From contig CAWJXM010000009.1 of NCBI GenBank assembly GCA_963846635.1, positions 1,889 to 65,888 of the forward strand: a stretch of DNA of 64,000 nt, read 5' to 3'. The DNA is from an uncultured Alphaproteobacteria bacterium. GTDB taxonomy: Bacteria; Pseudomonadota; Alphaproteobacteria; ATCC43930; CGMCC-115725. The notes under the pieces were generated by a model that saw only the letters and a list, made by a program, of their open reading frames with translations, made no database searches and was not told the DNA's origin. Position 1 is the stretch's first letter. Each line of letters opens with the position of its first letter. Positions 49,994 through 58,272 of this stretch are shown piece after piece. The position numbers and the translations under genes were made by a program.

Positions 49994-51681
49994 GTAAGTG
50001 GGGCAAAATGGCGGGCAGCAGAATTTATGCAGGTTGGCCGCGGCACCGGATGATATCTGGCAGGAGCAGTACAGCGGGTTGCTCGGAAATGCCGAGGCGG
50101 CGGCCGAGATAATCCCAAAACGCGATGCCCAATTTGGCGCAGGTCTTGGCGAGCCCGAGGAAGGCATCGCGACAGTCTCGCCCGACATCACTGCGGGTGC
50201 CGCCGCTGACCTTACGCTTGGTCACGTGGCTGCGGATGTCGCGCTCGGAACCGTTGGTATGCAGTGGGATATCGGGGTGATCCAGCACGGCCAGCAATTC
50301 GGGCTTGTTGGCATGCAGCCGCACCAGCAGGCGATCAAGCGTGACGAAGCCGGTGCGGCGGCAAAAGATACGATCGAAGCGGGCGCGAAGTTGTCCGCGA
50401 CGGCGGGGCGTGGGGTTGAGGCGGTACGCTTTCAGATCGGCGTAGAACCGCCAGATCAACGCGCGGACATGCTTCTGCGCGACACGCTGCTGCGCGGTGA
50501 ACGTGTCGAGCTTATGAATCAGCCGCTCCGCGTGAACCCAGCATAACGCGTGCCGACCGACGTTGAACTGGCCAGCGTCATCGCTGACGATCACCGTATC
50601 ACGCAGAAACGCGTGCCCGTGGATGCTGCCCCACAGCGCGCCCTCGGTGGCGATCTGCACCGGGTTGGGCGTCACGTTGAGCGCCGTGAGGCCCAACCGT
50701 TCAAGGTGCGCCTGCCAGGCGGCCGGATCGGCAAACTGTTTGTCGGGATGTTCCGCGAGCCTGGCAATGGTCAGCCCAGCCAGCGCATGTTCGCGCATGT
50801 AGGCCAGGGCGGCATCATTGATCACGTAATCGGTGTGCCCGGCACGCAGCAGACCGAGGAAGTTTAGGCGACTCTTGCTTTCCGTCGTCCCGAACCAGGT
50901 GAAGTTGTCGTTGCCGATCTGCGTGCAGACGCCGGTCGTGCCCTTGTGACGTGCACCGGTGTCATCCACCGTAATCCAACGGGCGGTCTCCAGACCCACG
51001 CGCAGCACGTCACGCGCTTCGGCCAGGAATTCATCCTGCCCGGCGATCAGCAAACGCATGACCTGCCGCTTGGAGATGGCGAGGCCCATCGCTTGCAGCA
51101 GCGCCATCAGCCGCGGCACGCTCACTTGCCCCTGGTGGTATTGCATCAGCACAAAGCGGCGCAGCGCCGGCCCGAAGTGCCCCCTGACATCAGGCGGCAA
51201 GGGCGCGATCACCGTCTGACCATCTGGGCTCACCCAGCGCTCGCGCCGATAACGGATCACCCGGGCCCGCAGCTCGAGGTCCTGCACCACGAAATCCTCA
51301 TACCCTTTGAAGCGCGAGCCTTCAGGAACCTCCGCCTTGAGGATCTGCTCCTCGACCTTGACCCGCGGCACGACCTTGCCGCGCCTGCGGCGACGGGCCC
51401 CTCTTTCGCCGGGCTTCGGCGAGGTGCCGTTCTCCATCCCACTGGGTTTGATCGACGGTCGGCCCTTCAGCCCTTTCAGGCGTGCGATCTCCTCGCGCAG
51501 CTCAGCATTCTGGCGCTTCAGCTCGGCGTTGTTCTCCAGCAGCTTCAGAAGCAACTGCCTCAGCTCGGCCGGCGGCAGACCATCGATGTCGGGCGGGACG
51601 ACCACAGGGAGGTTGAATCAAACCGCACCGCGTCGGGGCAAGAAAAAAATCGACCCCCGCCCGGAATTTTGCCCCTCTTAC
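49994..51681 (-). mobile_element. IS66-family insertion sequence (single-ORF, ISBst12-like layout), 1688 bp
   Basis: The terminal inverted repeats are GTAAGTGGGGCAAAATGGCGGGC at 49994 and GTAAGAGGGGCAAAATTCCGGGC as the reverse complement ending at 51681. They are flanked by a perfect 8-bp direct repeat TTTCTTTC (49986-49993 and 51682-51689). Confidence 0.85.
50025..51605 (-). CDS. IS66-family DDE transposase
   Basis: 526 aa. It has an N-terminal leucine zipper (LRQLLLKLLENNAELKRQNAELREEIARLKG) and the C-terminal HTNGSERDIRSHVTKRKVSGGTRS...LAKTCAKLGIAFWDYL pattern typical of IS66 TnpC-like proteins. Confidence 0.8.
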   Translation of the reverse strand: MVVPPDIDGLPPAELRQLLLKLLENNAELKRQNAELREEIARLKGLKGRPSIKPSGMENGTSPKPGERGARRRRRGKVVPRVKVEEQILKAEVPEGSRFKGYEDFVVQDLELRARVIRYRRERWVSPDGQTVIAPLPPDVRGHFGPALRRFVLMQYHQGQVSVPRLMALLQAMGLAISKRQVMRLLIAGQDEFLAEARDVLRVGLETARWITVDDTGARHKGTTGVCTQIGNDNFTWFGTTESKSRLNFLGLLRAGHTDYVINDAALAYMREHALAGLTIARLAEHPDKQFADPAAWQAHLERLGLTALNVTPNPVQIATEGALWGSIHGHAFLRDTVIVSDDAGQFNVGRHALCWVHAERLIHKLDTFTAQQRVAQKHVRALIWRFYADLKAYRLNPTPRRRGQLRARFDRIFCRRTGFVTLDRLLVRLHANKPELLAVLDHPDIPLHTNGSERDIRSHVTKRKVSGGTRSDVGRDCRDAFLGLAKTCAKLGIAFWDYLGRRLGISEQPAVLLLPDIIRCRGQPA

Positions 51682-51876
51682 TTTCTTTCTACCCAAGCCC
51701 TTCGCGCTCTCAGAGTTGTTGGATTTGGCGTCTGTGGCACTGGGCATGGATCTGGGCTCGTTTGAACGCCCGTCGATCCAATTACATTGAGCGCCGCACG
51801 GCAATGCAGAAAGGCCAGAGCCCAATCGCTCCCGGTTGGTGGACTGCTTCTGTTCCACAGAATGCGGGCACCTTCG

Positions 51877-52251
51877 CTAGCTCCCGGCGAACTCCCAACC
51901 TGGCGTTTGGTGGTTAGGGCCGCAGTGTTCGACTAGGCCCATCGCGGCAAAGACGCGGCAGTCGAAGGTGCGACAGACAGAGGGCCTCTGATCATAGACG
52001 GTGCAACCCTGCGCTCCTAGATGAACGCAGGCTCCGTCCGACCGTCGCTGGAGCACCAGCTCACCATCAGGGCTCCGTTCCGTCAGCAGGTGAGCCAAGC
52101 GCTTCCTATCGCGCCGCTCGTCCACGACGATGCTGGGGTAGTAGCAGCAAGCCGTGCATGTGCCGCACGGCACCGGCCCCGCGTCTTCGCGCCACCAAGC
52201 CTCCAGGAAGTCCCGCCGAGTGCAGTCCACGGAACGCTTAGTCTCGCCCAT
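51877..52251 (-). CDS. YkgJ-family cysteine-cluster (CxxCxxCC, UPF0153) protein
   Basis: PCGTCTACCY plus downstream CVHL..GCTVY...CRTFDC cysteine clusters are present. Confidence 0.6.
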   Translation of the reverse strand: MGETKRSVDCTRRDFLEAWWREDAGPVPCGTCTACCYYPSIVVDERRDRKRLAHLLTERSPDGELVLQRRSDGACVHLGAQGCTVYDQRPSVCRTFDCRVFAAMGLVEHCGPNHQTPGWEFAGS

Positions 52252-52336
52252 CGCCCTCAGTCTCCTCCCATCACGAACACCTGGGCAGCCAGGCCGTCTT
52301 GGGGCGTGTTGGGCGCTTCCTGTTGCGATGAAGCGC

Positions 52337-52567
52337 TTATGTCGGCCGGCTGGATACCCTCAGCAACTCCGCCGGCTCGCATTCCAGCACAGTGGCGAGC
52401 TTGGCAATGATTTCCAGGCCCGGATAGCTGACGCCCTTCTCCAACTTACTCAGGTAGGTCCTGTTCACCCCAGCCTCATAGGCGAGGTTCTCCTGCGAGA
52501 TGCCTTTCGCGTGTCGCAGCCGGCGCAGATTATTCGCGAAGGCTTGCCGGAGGTCCTTCGGGTCCAT
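52337..52567 (-). CDS. XRE-family helix-turn-helix transcriptional regulator
   Basis: FANNLRRLRHAKGISQENLAYEAGVNRTYLSKLEKGVSYPGLEIIAKLATVL is a canonical HTH_3/XRE pattern. Confidence 0.8.
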   Translation of the reverse strand: MDPKDLRQAFANNLRRLRHAKGISQENLAYEAGVNRTYLSKLEKGVSYPGLEIIAKLATVLECEPAELLRVSSRPT

Positions 52568-52679
52568 CCGGCAGACAGGTCCGGGTGTTGTCTACGAGCC
52601 CACCGCTTTAAAGCAACAAAATGTTAGCGAGCGGTGCTTTAGGGTCTCGAACTAGACCGCGGGTTCGGGAGGCGAGGGT

Positions 52680-53060
52680 ATGGCGGGCGTGATCAGTGGC
52701 GTGGCCCGGACGGCTTTGGCCGTGGTGCTAGCCGGATCGGTCGCGGCTTGCGGAATAGCGGCTAAAGTCAATGCGCGGGATGACATGGAGACATCAAGGG
52801 CGGCCTACAAGGCATGCCTCGTGCAGCATTCTCAGAAGGTTGCGGCTTGCGACGGGCCGCGCGAAGCATATCAGGCCGACTTGGCGGCCTATCGTGCAAT
52901 GTCAGCCGGCATCAGGTCCCCAGACACGATCACTGTTAAGCAACCGACAGATTTCGCACCGCCACCGCCTCCGGCGAACCCGATGTCCATCATCGTGGGA
53001 CCGAACGGACAGCCTCACCCGTGCTTGCCAATGGGACCGATGATGACGGTTTGCAACTGA
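52680..53060 (+). CDS. putative lipoprotein
   Basis: The signal peptide has a lipobox-like LAGSVAAC. It is followed by a small Cys/Pro-containing mature domain. Confidence 0.55.
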   Translation: MAGVISGVARTALAVVLAGSVAACGIAAKVNARDDMETSRAAYKACLVQHSQKVAACDGPREAYQADLAAYRAMSAGIRSPDTITVKQPTDFAPPPPPANPMSIIVGPNGQPHPCLPMGPMMTVCN

Positions 53061-53082
53061 TCAGCTGTCGAATGTGCGGGTA

Positions 53083-54219
53083 ATGGCGGACGAGCCCATC
53101 TCCGATCCCGATCCCGTATTGACGAAGCGCGATCAGATCATATCGGCAAAACGGGAGAATGGCCTCAAACGAACGCTGTTGCTTGTGCTGATCATTACCG
53201 CCGGCCTGATAGCAACCGGGAGCGTCGTCGCCTACCTAGACCGCGAACCCGACTATGGCATCTCATCCCAGGTCATCGCACGGCTCAGCCCTAAAATGCA
53301 GGAATGGGCGGGGCGGCTTCGTGACGAACCCTGCAACCGTACGCTTGCGGCGCAGGTGGTGAGTGGGTTGCTGGCGCAGGCCGAATACGGGACAATCACG
53401 CGATATGTAGAAAGAGCCCACGAAAAATGCGGGCCGAACGAGGCGCTCCTCCCAGACCTATATGCGGCTCAAATAGGCTCCTCCGATTATCCGGCGGCTG
53501 AGCGAACCGCCAATGATTTAGTCTCGCAAGATCCTGCCGATCCGAATGCGTATGGGTGGAGAGCCGAAACGCGTGAGAGGCTGGGTGATATTTCCGGAGC
53601 CGACGCGGACATGCGTACCGCGCTGTCGCTCTTTCTCGACCCTTCCGACGTAGCCCTGTCGGTTTATTACGATCTGGCTCGGTTAGCGGCGAAGGTCGGC
53701 CATTACTGCGAGGCAGTGGCCACACTCCGGGACTACATCGCTTACGACCCTGAAAACCGACGCACTCAGCAGCTCAGCACACTAATGCGAAATTGGCAGC
53801 AGCAAGGTTCATGCGCGCCCTTATCTGGTACAGGTTCAGCCTTTTTCCGCTACGATCCCAACTCGACGGCAATCATTGTCCCGGTAGAGGTCAACGGTCT
53901 GCCGGCCCAGATGGTCCTCGATACCGGAGCGAGCCGGACCCTTCTAACCCAACGCTTGGCCGCCAAAGCTGGAATTGAGGTATCCGCTCCTCAAGGTGCG
54001 GTTGTCACGACTGCCAATGGTGCGACGTGGGTTCCGGGCGGTCGCGCCCGAAGCATCTCGGTTGGTGGGGCTCATCTGAGCGACGTGCCAGTGTTCATTG
54101 AGAACTCCGCTGACCCCTCTTTCGGCTTCGGCGTCGATGGTTTACTCGGCCTCTCATTTCTCGGGAACTTTCAGGTTCGCGTGGGAGGGGGCATGCTGGA
54201 GCTTCGACCCCTTCAATAA
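53083..54219 (+). CDS. membrane-anchored TPR-like + retropepsin-like (clan AA) aspartic protease
   Basis: One TM segment (TLLLVLIITAGLIATGSVVAYL) and a helical-repeat middle region are present. The C-terminal VEVNGLPAQMVLDTGASRTLL...GVDGLLGLSFL has the D-T-G-A active-site motif. The GTG at 53074 is an alternative start. Confidence 0.65.
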   Translation: MADEPISDPDPVLTKRDQIISAKRENGLKRTLLLVLIITAGLIATGSVVAYLDREPDYGISSQVIARLSPKMQEWAGRLRDEPCNRTLAAQVVSGLLAQAEYGTITRYVERAHEKCGPNEALLPDLYAAQIGSSDYPAAERTANDLVSQDPADPNAYGWRAETRERLGDISGADADMRTALSLFLDPSDVALSVYYDLARLAAKVGHYCEAVATLRDYIAYDPENRRTQQLSTLMRNWQQQGSCAPLSGTGSAFFRYDPNSTAIIVPVEVNGLPAQMVLDTGASRTLLTQRLAAKAGIEVSAPQGAVVTTANGATWVPGGRARSISVGGAHLSDVPVFIENSADPSFGFGVDGLLGLSFLGNFQVRVGGGMLELRPLQ

Positions 54220-54844
54220 TCGGAGACCAATCATTCCCACGCCCCGAGAATAACCCAGGTGCTCCGAGACGCGGATCTTCCCCGATAAGCAGCCTTCCGA
54301 CCTGGGCCATGTGGTCGATTGCTGTGCCCTGGGTTCTCCTCGGCCCGGTGATCGCGTTCCTCCTGGCGCTGGCGGTGGAGATCTGATCTGCGCGTCGGCG
54401 GATGCTGGGGTCTGGGCGAGGCGTGAACAGGTCCGCTGGGGCCCGCGGGCAATGAGGTCACACGAACCCAATCATGCCCACTGCATTGCCTCAGGACCTT
54501 CCTCGGGAGGATCAAATACGGCCCGATTACGTCAGGCCGTTCCCCTGGCGAGGGGTGCGCCTGAACGCTAACCAAACCAAATCAGGCAAGCCGTAACTGC
54601 CAATGGCAGCGCTAACCAGAGGAAGACTGTCACCAAAGGTGAAGATTTGCTCGCGGTGTTTGGTTCCATCGCGGGGTATATAGGATTACGTCATGCTTTG
54701 CAACCTCCCCTTGATCACCGTTAACTTTCAACTATCTTTGCGCGTTCACGCCCGAACGCTTCCTCTCCTGATACGCGCGTGTGCTTCCCAGCCATTGCCG
54801 GGCCTTTGGCGTGCCGAGGCTGGCCGAAAACGAGGGGCGGAACG

Positions 54845-55061
54845 GTATCCACATTTTCGGCGTCAGTATTCTCGCTACGTATCCGGGGTTAAGTCATTGA
54901 TACAGCTACGGTATCCGGGTATCTGGGCTTTAGGCCAAAACTTCTCCTATATATATTGCTTTCATTCCCAAAAAGATTTTATGAGGAAATACTGAAATAC
55001 CTGGATACGATAACTATATCAATGACTTAGACCTGGATACTGTTCGGATACCGTGGGATAC
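54845..55061. promoter_or_regulatory. iteron-like dyad: 4 x GTATC(C/T) and 4 x GGATAC flanking an AT-rich core (candidate ori or protein-binding array)
   Basis: GTATCC occurs at 54845, 54879 and 54911, and GTATCT at 54919. GGATAC occurs at 55003, 55035, 55046 and 55056. There is also the inverted repeat aagtcattgata (54891-54902) with tatcaatgactt (55017-55028). The core 54925-55000 is AT-rich. Confidence 0.4.
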
Positions 55062-55119
55062 GGAGCCCCGCACAAGGCTAGGGTTCCGACCGCGTGCAGA
55101 CACAAGCCGTTTAGAGAGT

Positions 55120-56604
55120 TCATACCGAGGCTGCGGGATGAAGCTCCACGACATTCCCCGCGATCCTCGCGCCTCTGGTCGCCAGCCTAACGCCCAAGCA
55201 CATATAGCGTTGCTTGCCGCGTGGTCCTAATTTCCGCACCCCCACTTCGGGGGCAGCCGCGACGAGAGCTTGCTGAAAGCGCGAGGTGGACTTTACCTTG
55301 TGACCGTTATTCTCGCACCATGTTTGGTATATCTCGTAGAGAACCTTTAGCGCTTCCTCGTAATCCGGGCCGGTCTCGCATTTGTCACCTAGAAATCTTG
55401 TGATCGGACTTGCGATGTGTTCCATCATCTCGATCATGTCAGCCGCGCTTTTAGGTTGCTGGAAGTGACCCCTCTCCCGAAGTCTTTTCAACCCCGCAAT
55501 CGCTCGATTGAGAATGCCCGATCGCTCCTTGAGCAGCTTCGACGTGAGGGCAGTGTCCGGGTTCGCTTCAAAGCTCTGCCGAAACCGGATCAGGATAAAC
55601 CGGCTGACAATCGTAGCACTCGCATCCGTGAAGCCCGGGGCCTCATTGGAAAGCAGCAGGAACCGCACCGGGAGTGTGCCTTCCCAATCCTCTCTGTACT
55701 TCCTCGGGATGGAGATTGCGTCCTCGCCGCTGATCGTCAACATTCGCTCGACTAACTCATTCGTCGAGCCGTCAAGCCGGGCATCGCCAATTGTGGCTAC
55801 TTTCTTATCAATCAGTGACGCTAAGCCGAACTGTGTCTTGAGGCTCGCCATTGTCGGGTGAGCCACATTCGCTGCGCCGCCGAGTAAACCATCTAAGACG
55901 CGCGAAATCGTCCCCTTGCCCGAGCGCCTCTTTCCGATGAGCGCGAAGGCTTTCTGTTGTGTGGTATCGGCGGTGAGGAGATAGCCGAGCATTTCCTCGA
56001 TCGTCTGTTGCGCTTCGATATCGCCGGGCAGGATCTCTTCGAGGAACTTCTCCCAAAGGGGTGCCTGAGCTTCCGCGTCGAACGTGTAATCTACCGCGTT
56101 CATAGAGAAGAAGTCGTCCGAGTGGGGCAACAGTTCCGTAGTCGTAAGATCGAGAAGCCCGTTGCTGCACGGCAGGATATCCGCGGCCTTGTGCTTGCGC
56201 TGCTCTGGACTTGCCTCCGGCCCCCAAACGGGTGCTTGCAGATCACTGGAAACCCGAACTCGCGCTTTCAGTGCGTCGATAACTTGATTAACGTCTCGAC
56301 TGGTGGGGCGGAAGGGTCGCTCAGCTGTTAAGAGGGTTCCTTCGCTGTCTTTCTCGGTAATGCGGACGAACCCATTGTCCAGGAACTCATAGATCCGCTC
56401 ACGTATCGCCCCATCTTCGACCTCCAGATAATGGGTTCCTGTCCACTCGTAGAACATTTCGCGGTAATGGATTAGGGGCGATCTTGCCTGTGTCACAAAC
56501 TTCTTAGCAGTATCATAAGGCGCTGAGCGTTTGATTACTACACGCCCAGGGGAGACCCGAACTTGTCCTTCAGAGGCTCCTTGTGCTATATTATCTTCTG
56601 TCAT
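55120..56604 (-). CDS. phage/plasmid primase P4-family C-terminal domain / D5-like SF3 helicase
   Basis: Walker A IGKRRSGKGT is preceded by FLEEILPGDIEAQQTIEEMLGYLLT and followed by the RFLLLSNE (Walker B region) layout typical of TIGR01613/D5 proteins. Confidence 0.8.
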   Translation of the reverse strand: MTEDNIAQGASEGQVRVSPGRVVIKRSAPYDTAKKFVTQARSPLIHYREMFYEWTGTHYLEVEDGAIRERIYEFLDNGFVRITEKDSEGTLLTAERPFRPTSRDVNQVIDALKARVRVSSDLQAPVWGPEASPEQRKHKAADILPCSNGLLDLTTTELLPHSDDFFSMNAVDYTFDAEAQAPLWEKFLEEILPGDIEAQQTIEEMLGYLLTADTTQQKAFALIGKRRSGKGTISRVLDGLLGGAANVAHPTMASLKTQFGLASLIDKKVATIGDARLDGSTNELVERMLTISGEDAISIPRKYREDWEGTLPVRFLLLSNEAPGFTDASATIVSRFILIRFRQSFEANPDTALTSKLLKERSGILNRAIAGLKRLRERGHFQQPKSAADMIEMMEHIASPITRFLGDKCETGPDYEEALKVLYEIYQTWCENNGHKVKSTSRFQQALVAAAPEVGVRKLGPRGKQRYMCLGVRLATRGARIAGNVVELHPAASV

Positions 56605-56683
56605 CTCACGTCCTTCGAGGGAACTGCCGTCCCTCGTGCTTGAGAATTAAGCCTCACTCTGCCGGTGGGGCTTTTCTTTACCA

Positions 56684-56869
56684 TCAGGCCGTAGCCTGCT
56701 TGCGCGCTGCCAACTCCTCGACGATTGCGCGCGGGATGCGGAACTCTTGCCGTGTCACCTTGGCGCGTCGCGCCGCGATCTTGTTGTCCTCGATAAGCTG
56801 ATACAGGCGGGCACGAATGTAGCCCGTAGCTTTCGCTGCTTCCGAGACCGATAATTCGTTAGTCATCAT
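56684..56869 (-). CDS. excisionase-family (HTH_17) DNA-binding protein
   Basis: LSVSEAAKATGYIRARLYQLIEDNKIAARRA...RIPRAIVEEL is a short HTH ORF inside the integrative module. Confidence 0.6.
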   Translation of the reverse strand: MMTNELSVSEAAKATGYIRARLYQLIEDNKIAARRAKVTRQEFRIPRAIVEELAARKQATA

Positions 56870-57186
56870 TTATGATCCTTTGTATATGTCTCGACAAAAA
56901 GTCTTGATAGTATTAAATCACCTGGAGTATAGCGGCGTCAATACATCGACGCCATTCTGCCTCGTCTGTCGAGAACTGAGCCCGGGAGGCGTTGTCATCT
57001 GCTCCATTGCTTCCGGCAAGTTGGTTCTGCTGATCACCGGGCTACGCCTTCGCCAGGTCTTGATACCCATCGGTCCGCGGTCAGTGCTGGCAGCCTTTGC
57101 CGAGTAGGCCGCCGCAGCCTCAGCATGGCCTTAGGAAGCCCGCCAAAGTAATGAGCCCTAAGGCACTTCGCCGCGGGTTCAGCAAG

Positions 57187-57432
57187 CTAGGCCGCCTCCT
57201 GCACCGCACCGGGATCACTTGTCGATCGCCGTGGCCCGGTCGTTTTCGCATACGCCCACGCCAGCAAATCCGCCTCTCGGTAAAGCGGCTTGCGGCCGAA
57301 GCTCTCAAACGTCGGCCCGCCCCCGATACACGCCAGCTTAGCCAGGGTTGCGGGAGCGGTGCGGTAGCCGCGTTCTGTCAAAAATTGAGCCGCCTGCTTG
57401 CGGTCGAGTTTGCACTCAAAGGTCATGTTCAA
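57187..57432 (-). CDS. AlpA/excisionase-like HTH protein
   Basis: LDRKQAAQFLTERGYRTAPATLAKLACIGGGPTFESFGRKPLYREADLLAWA fits the AlpA/MerR-like HTH_17 layout. Confidence 0.5.
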   Translation of the reverse strand: MNMTFECKLDRKQAAQFLTERGYRTAPATLAKLACIGGGPTFESFGRKPLYREADLLAWAYAKTTGPRRSTSDPGAVQEAA

Positions 57433-57589
57433 GGTTTCCTTTGTCGCTACGTCAAAAGACCCGCGACAATTCGGGGTCTTAAAACATCATATGGTGTGCG
57501 ACATAGCTATACACAAGTAAAGGTTGCGCAAAGCTGCTTCACCGGATTTATTAGGGCTTAGGATCGAGGGGTTTTTCACCTACGATTTG

Positions 57590-58264
57590 CTACTTGTCCA
57601 ATGGCCAGCGCTTGCGCAGTCCGTCACCTATAGAGGACGGATTATCAGGCAGATTTGTAAGCAATTGCCGCTCACTGAGATTGGCCCGGAGGCACTTGGT
57701 CACGGCAACTACGAAGTCATAAAAGTCGCCAGCGTACTTGCTTCCGCCAACCCATCTGGGTTTGTCGGCTTGTTTATTTGTCCATTTCCGATATACGCGG
57801 ACGAGATCCGCACCGAGCTGCCAAAATTCTTTCCGCGGTCTTCCGCCTACGCCGCGTTCGGACCGCAGCTTGGCGATGCTCGCCTCCGCTCGTTCGGCGA
57901 TGAGGCGAATGGATACCCGAAATTTCTCGTAGAAAAGGGGATCGTCCTCGCCGCCCGACGCGGCTGTCATCAAGACTAAGCGGTATGGAAGGGATTTGAG
58001 CAACGCCCGGGCTGCATCCCGCATGTCTGTAAGCGCGCAAATCCAATCGTCACGGGAAGGGGTTTCCCCGGAGCTGCTCACGTAGAAGAAATAGAACAAC
58101 TCTAGGAGCGAGCGCCGGAGGCCTGCTAGGATTTGTGGGCCAGGGCGCAGCCTCAATGCCTCCGCTATCCCCACAAACGCCTCGGCCGGAAAGCGTGCCT
58201 CGAAGGCTTCCTTCTCCGCCATCAACTCCTGAAACGCTAAGTCGTCGCTGTCAGCGTCGGGCAT
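57590..58264 (-). CDS. hypothetical protein of the integrative module
   Basis: 224-aa ORF that ends 9 nt downstream of the integrase stop, on the same strand. I recognise no family. Confidence 0.5.
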   Translation of the reverse strand: MPDADSDDLAFQELMAEKEAFEARFPAEAFVGIAEALRLRPGPQILAGLRRSLLELFYFFYVSSSGETPSRDDWICALTDMRDAARALLKSLPYRLVLMTAASGGEDDPLFYEKFRVSIRLIAERAEASIAKLRSERGVGGRPRKEFWQLGADLVRVYRKWTNKQADKPRWVGGSKYAGDFYDFVVAVTKCLRANLSERQLLTNLPDNPSSIGDGLRKRWPLDK

Positions 58265-58272
58265 GACGCTTG

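Larger units (their letters stand above)
49786..51790 (+). pseudogene. response-regulator receiver (REC) domain remnant, N-terminally truncated and split by IS66-family insertion
   Basis: The left part reads ...RPDLVVLDYQLIGGVGLEAAKIASEKNVPVIVTSGHRNIFERVKKAGYFF. After removing 49994-51689 the frame continues LPKPFALSELLDLASVALGMDLGSFERPSIQLH* to the stop at 51788-51790. An in-frame stop at 49777 removes the N-terminal third. Confidence 0.55.

Noticed and set aside
54693-54995. 100-aa ORF in the AT-rich region
   Set aside because: It spans the iteron-like array and AT-rich core, lacks an RBS, and has an odd composition. The region is better explained as non-coding regulatory or origin DNA.
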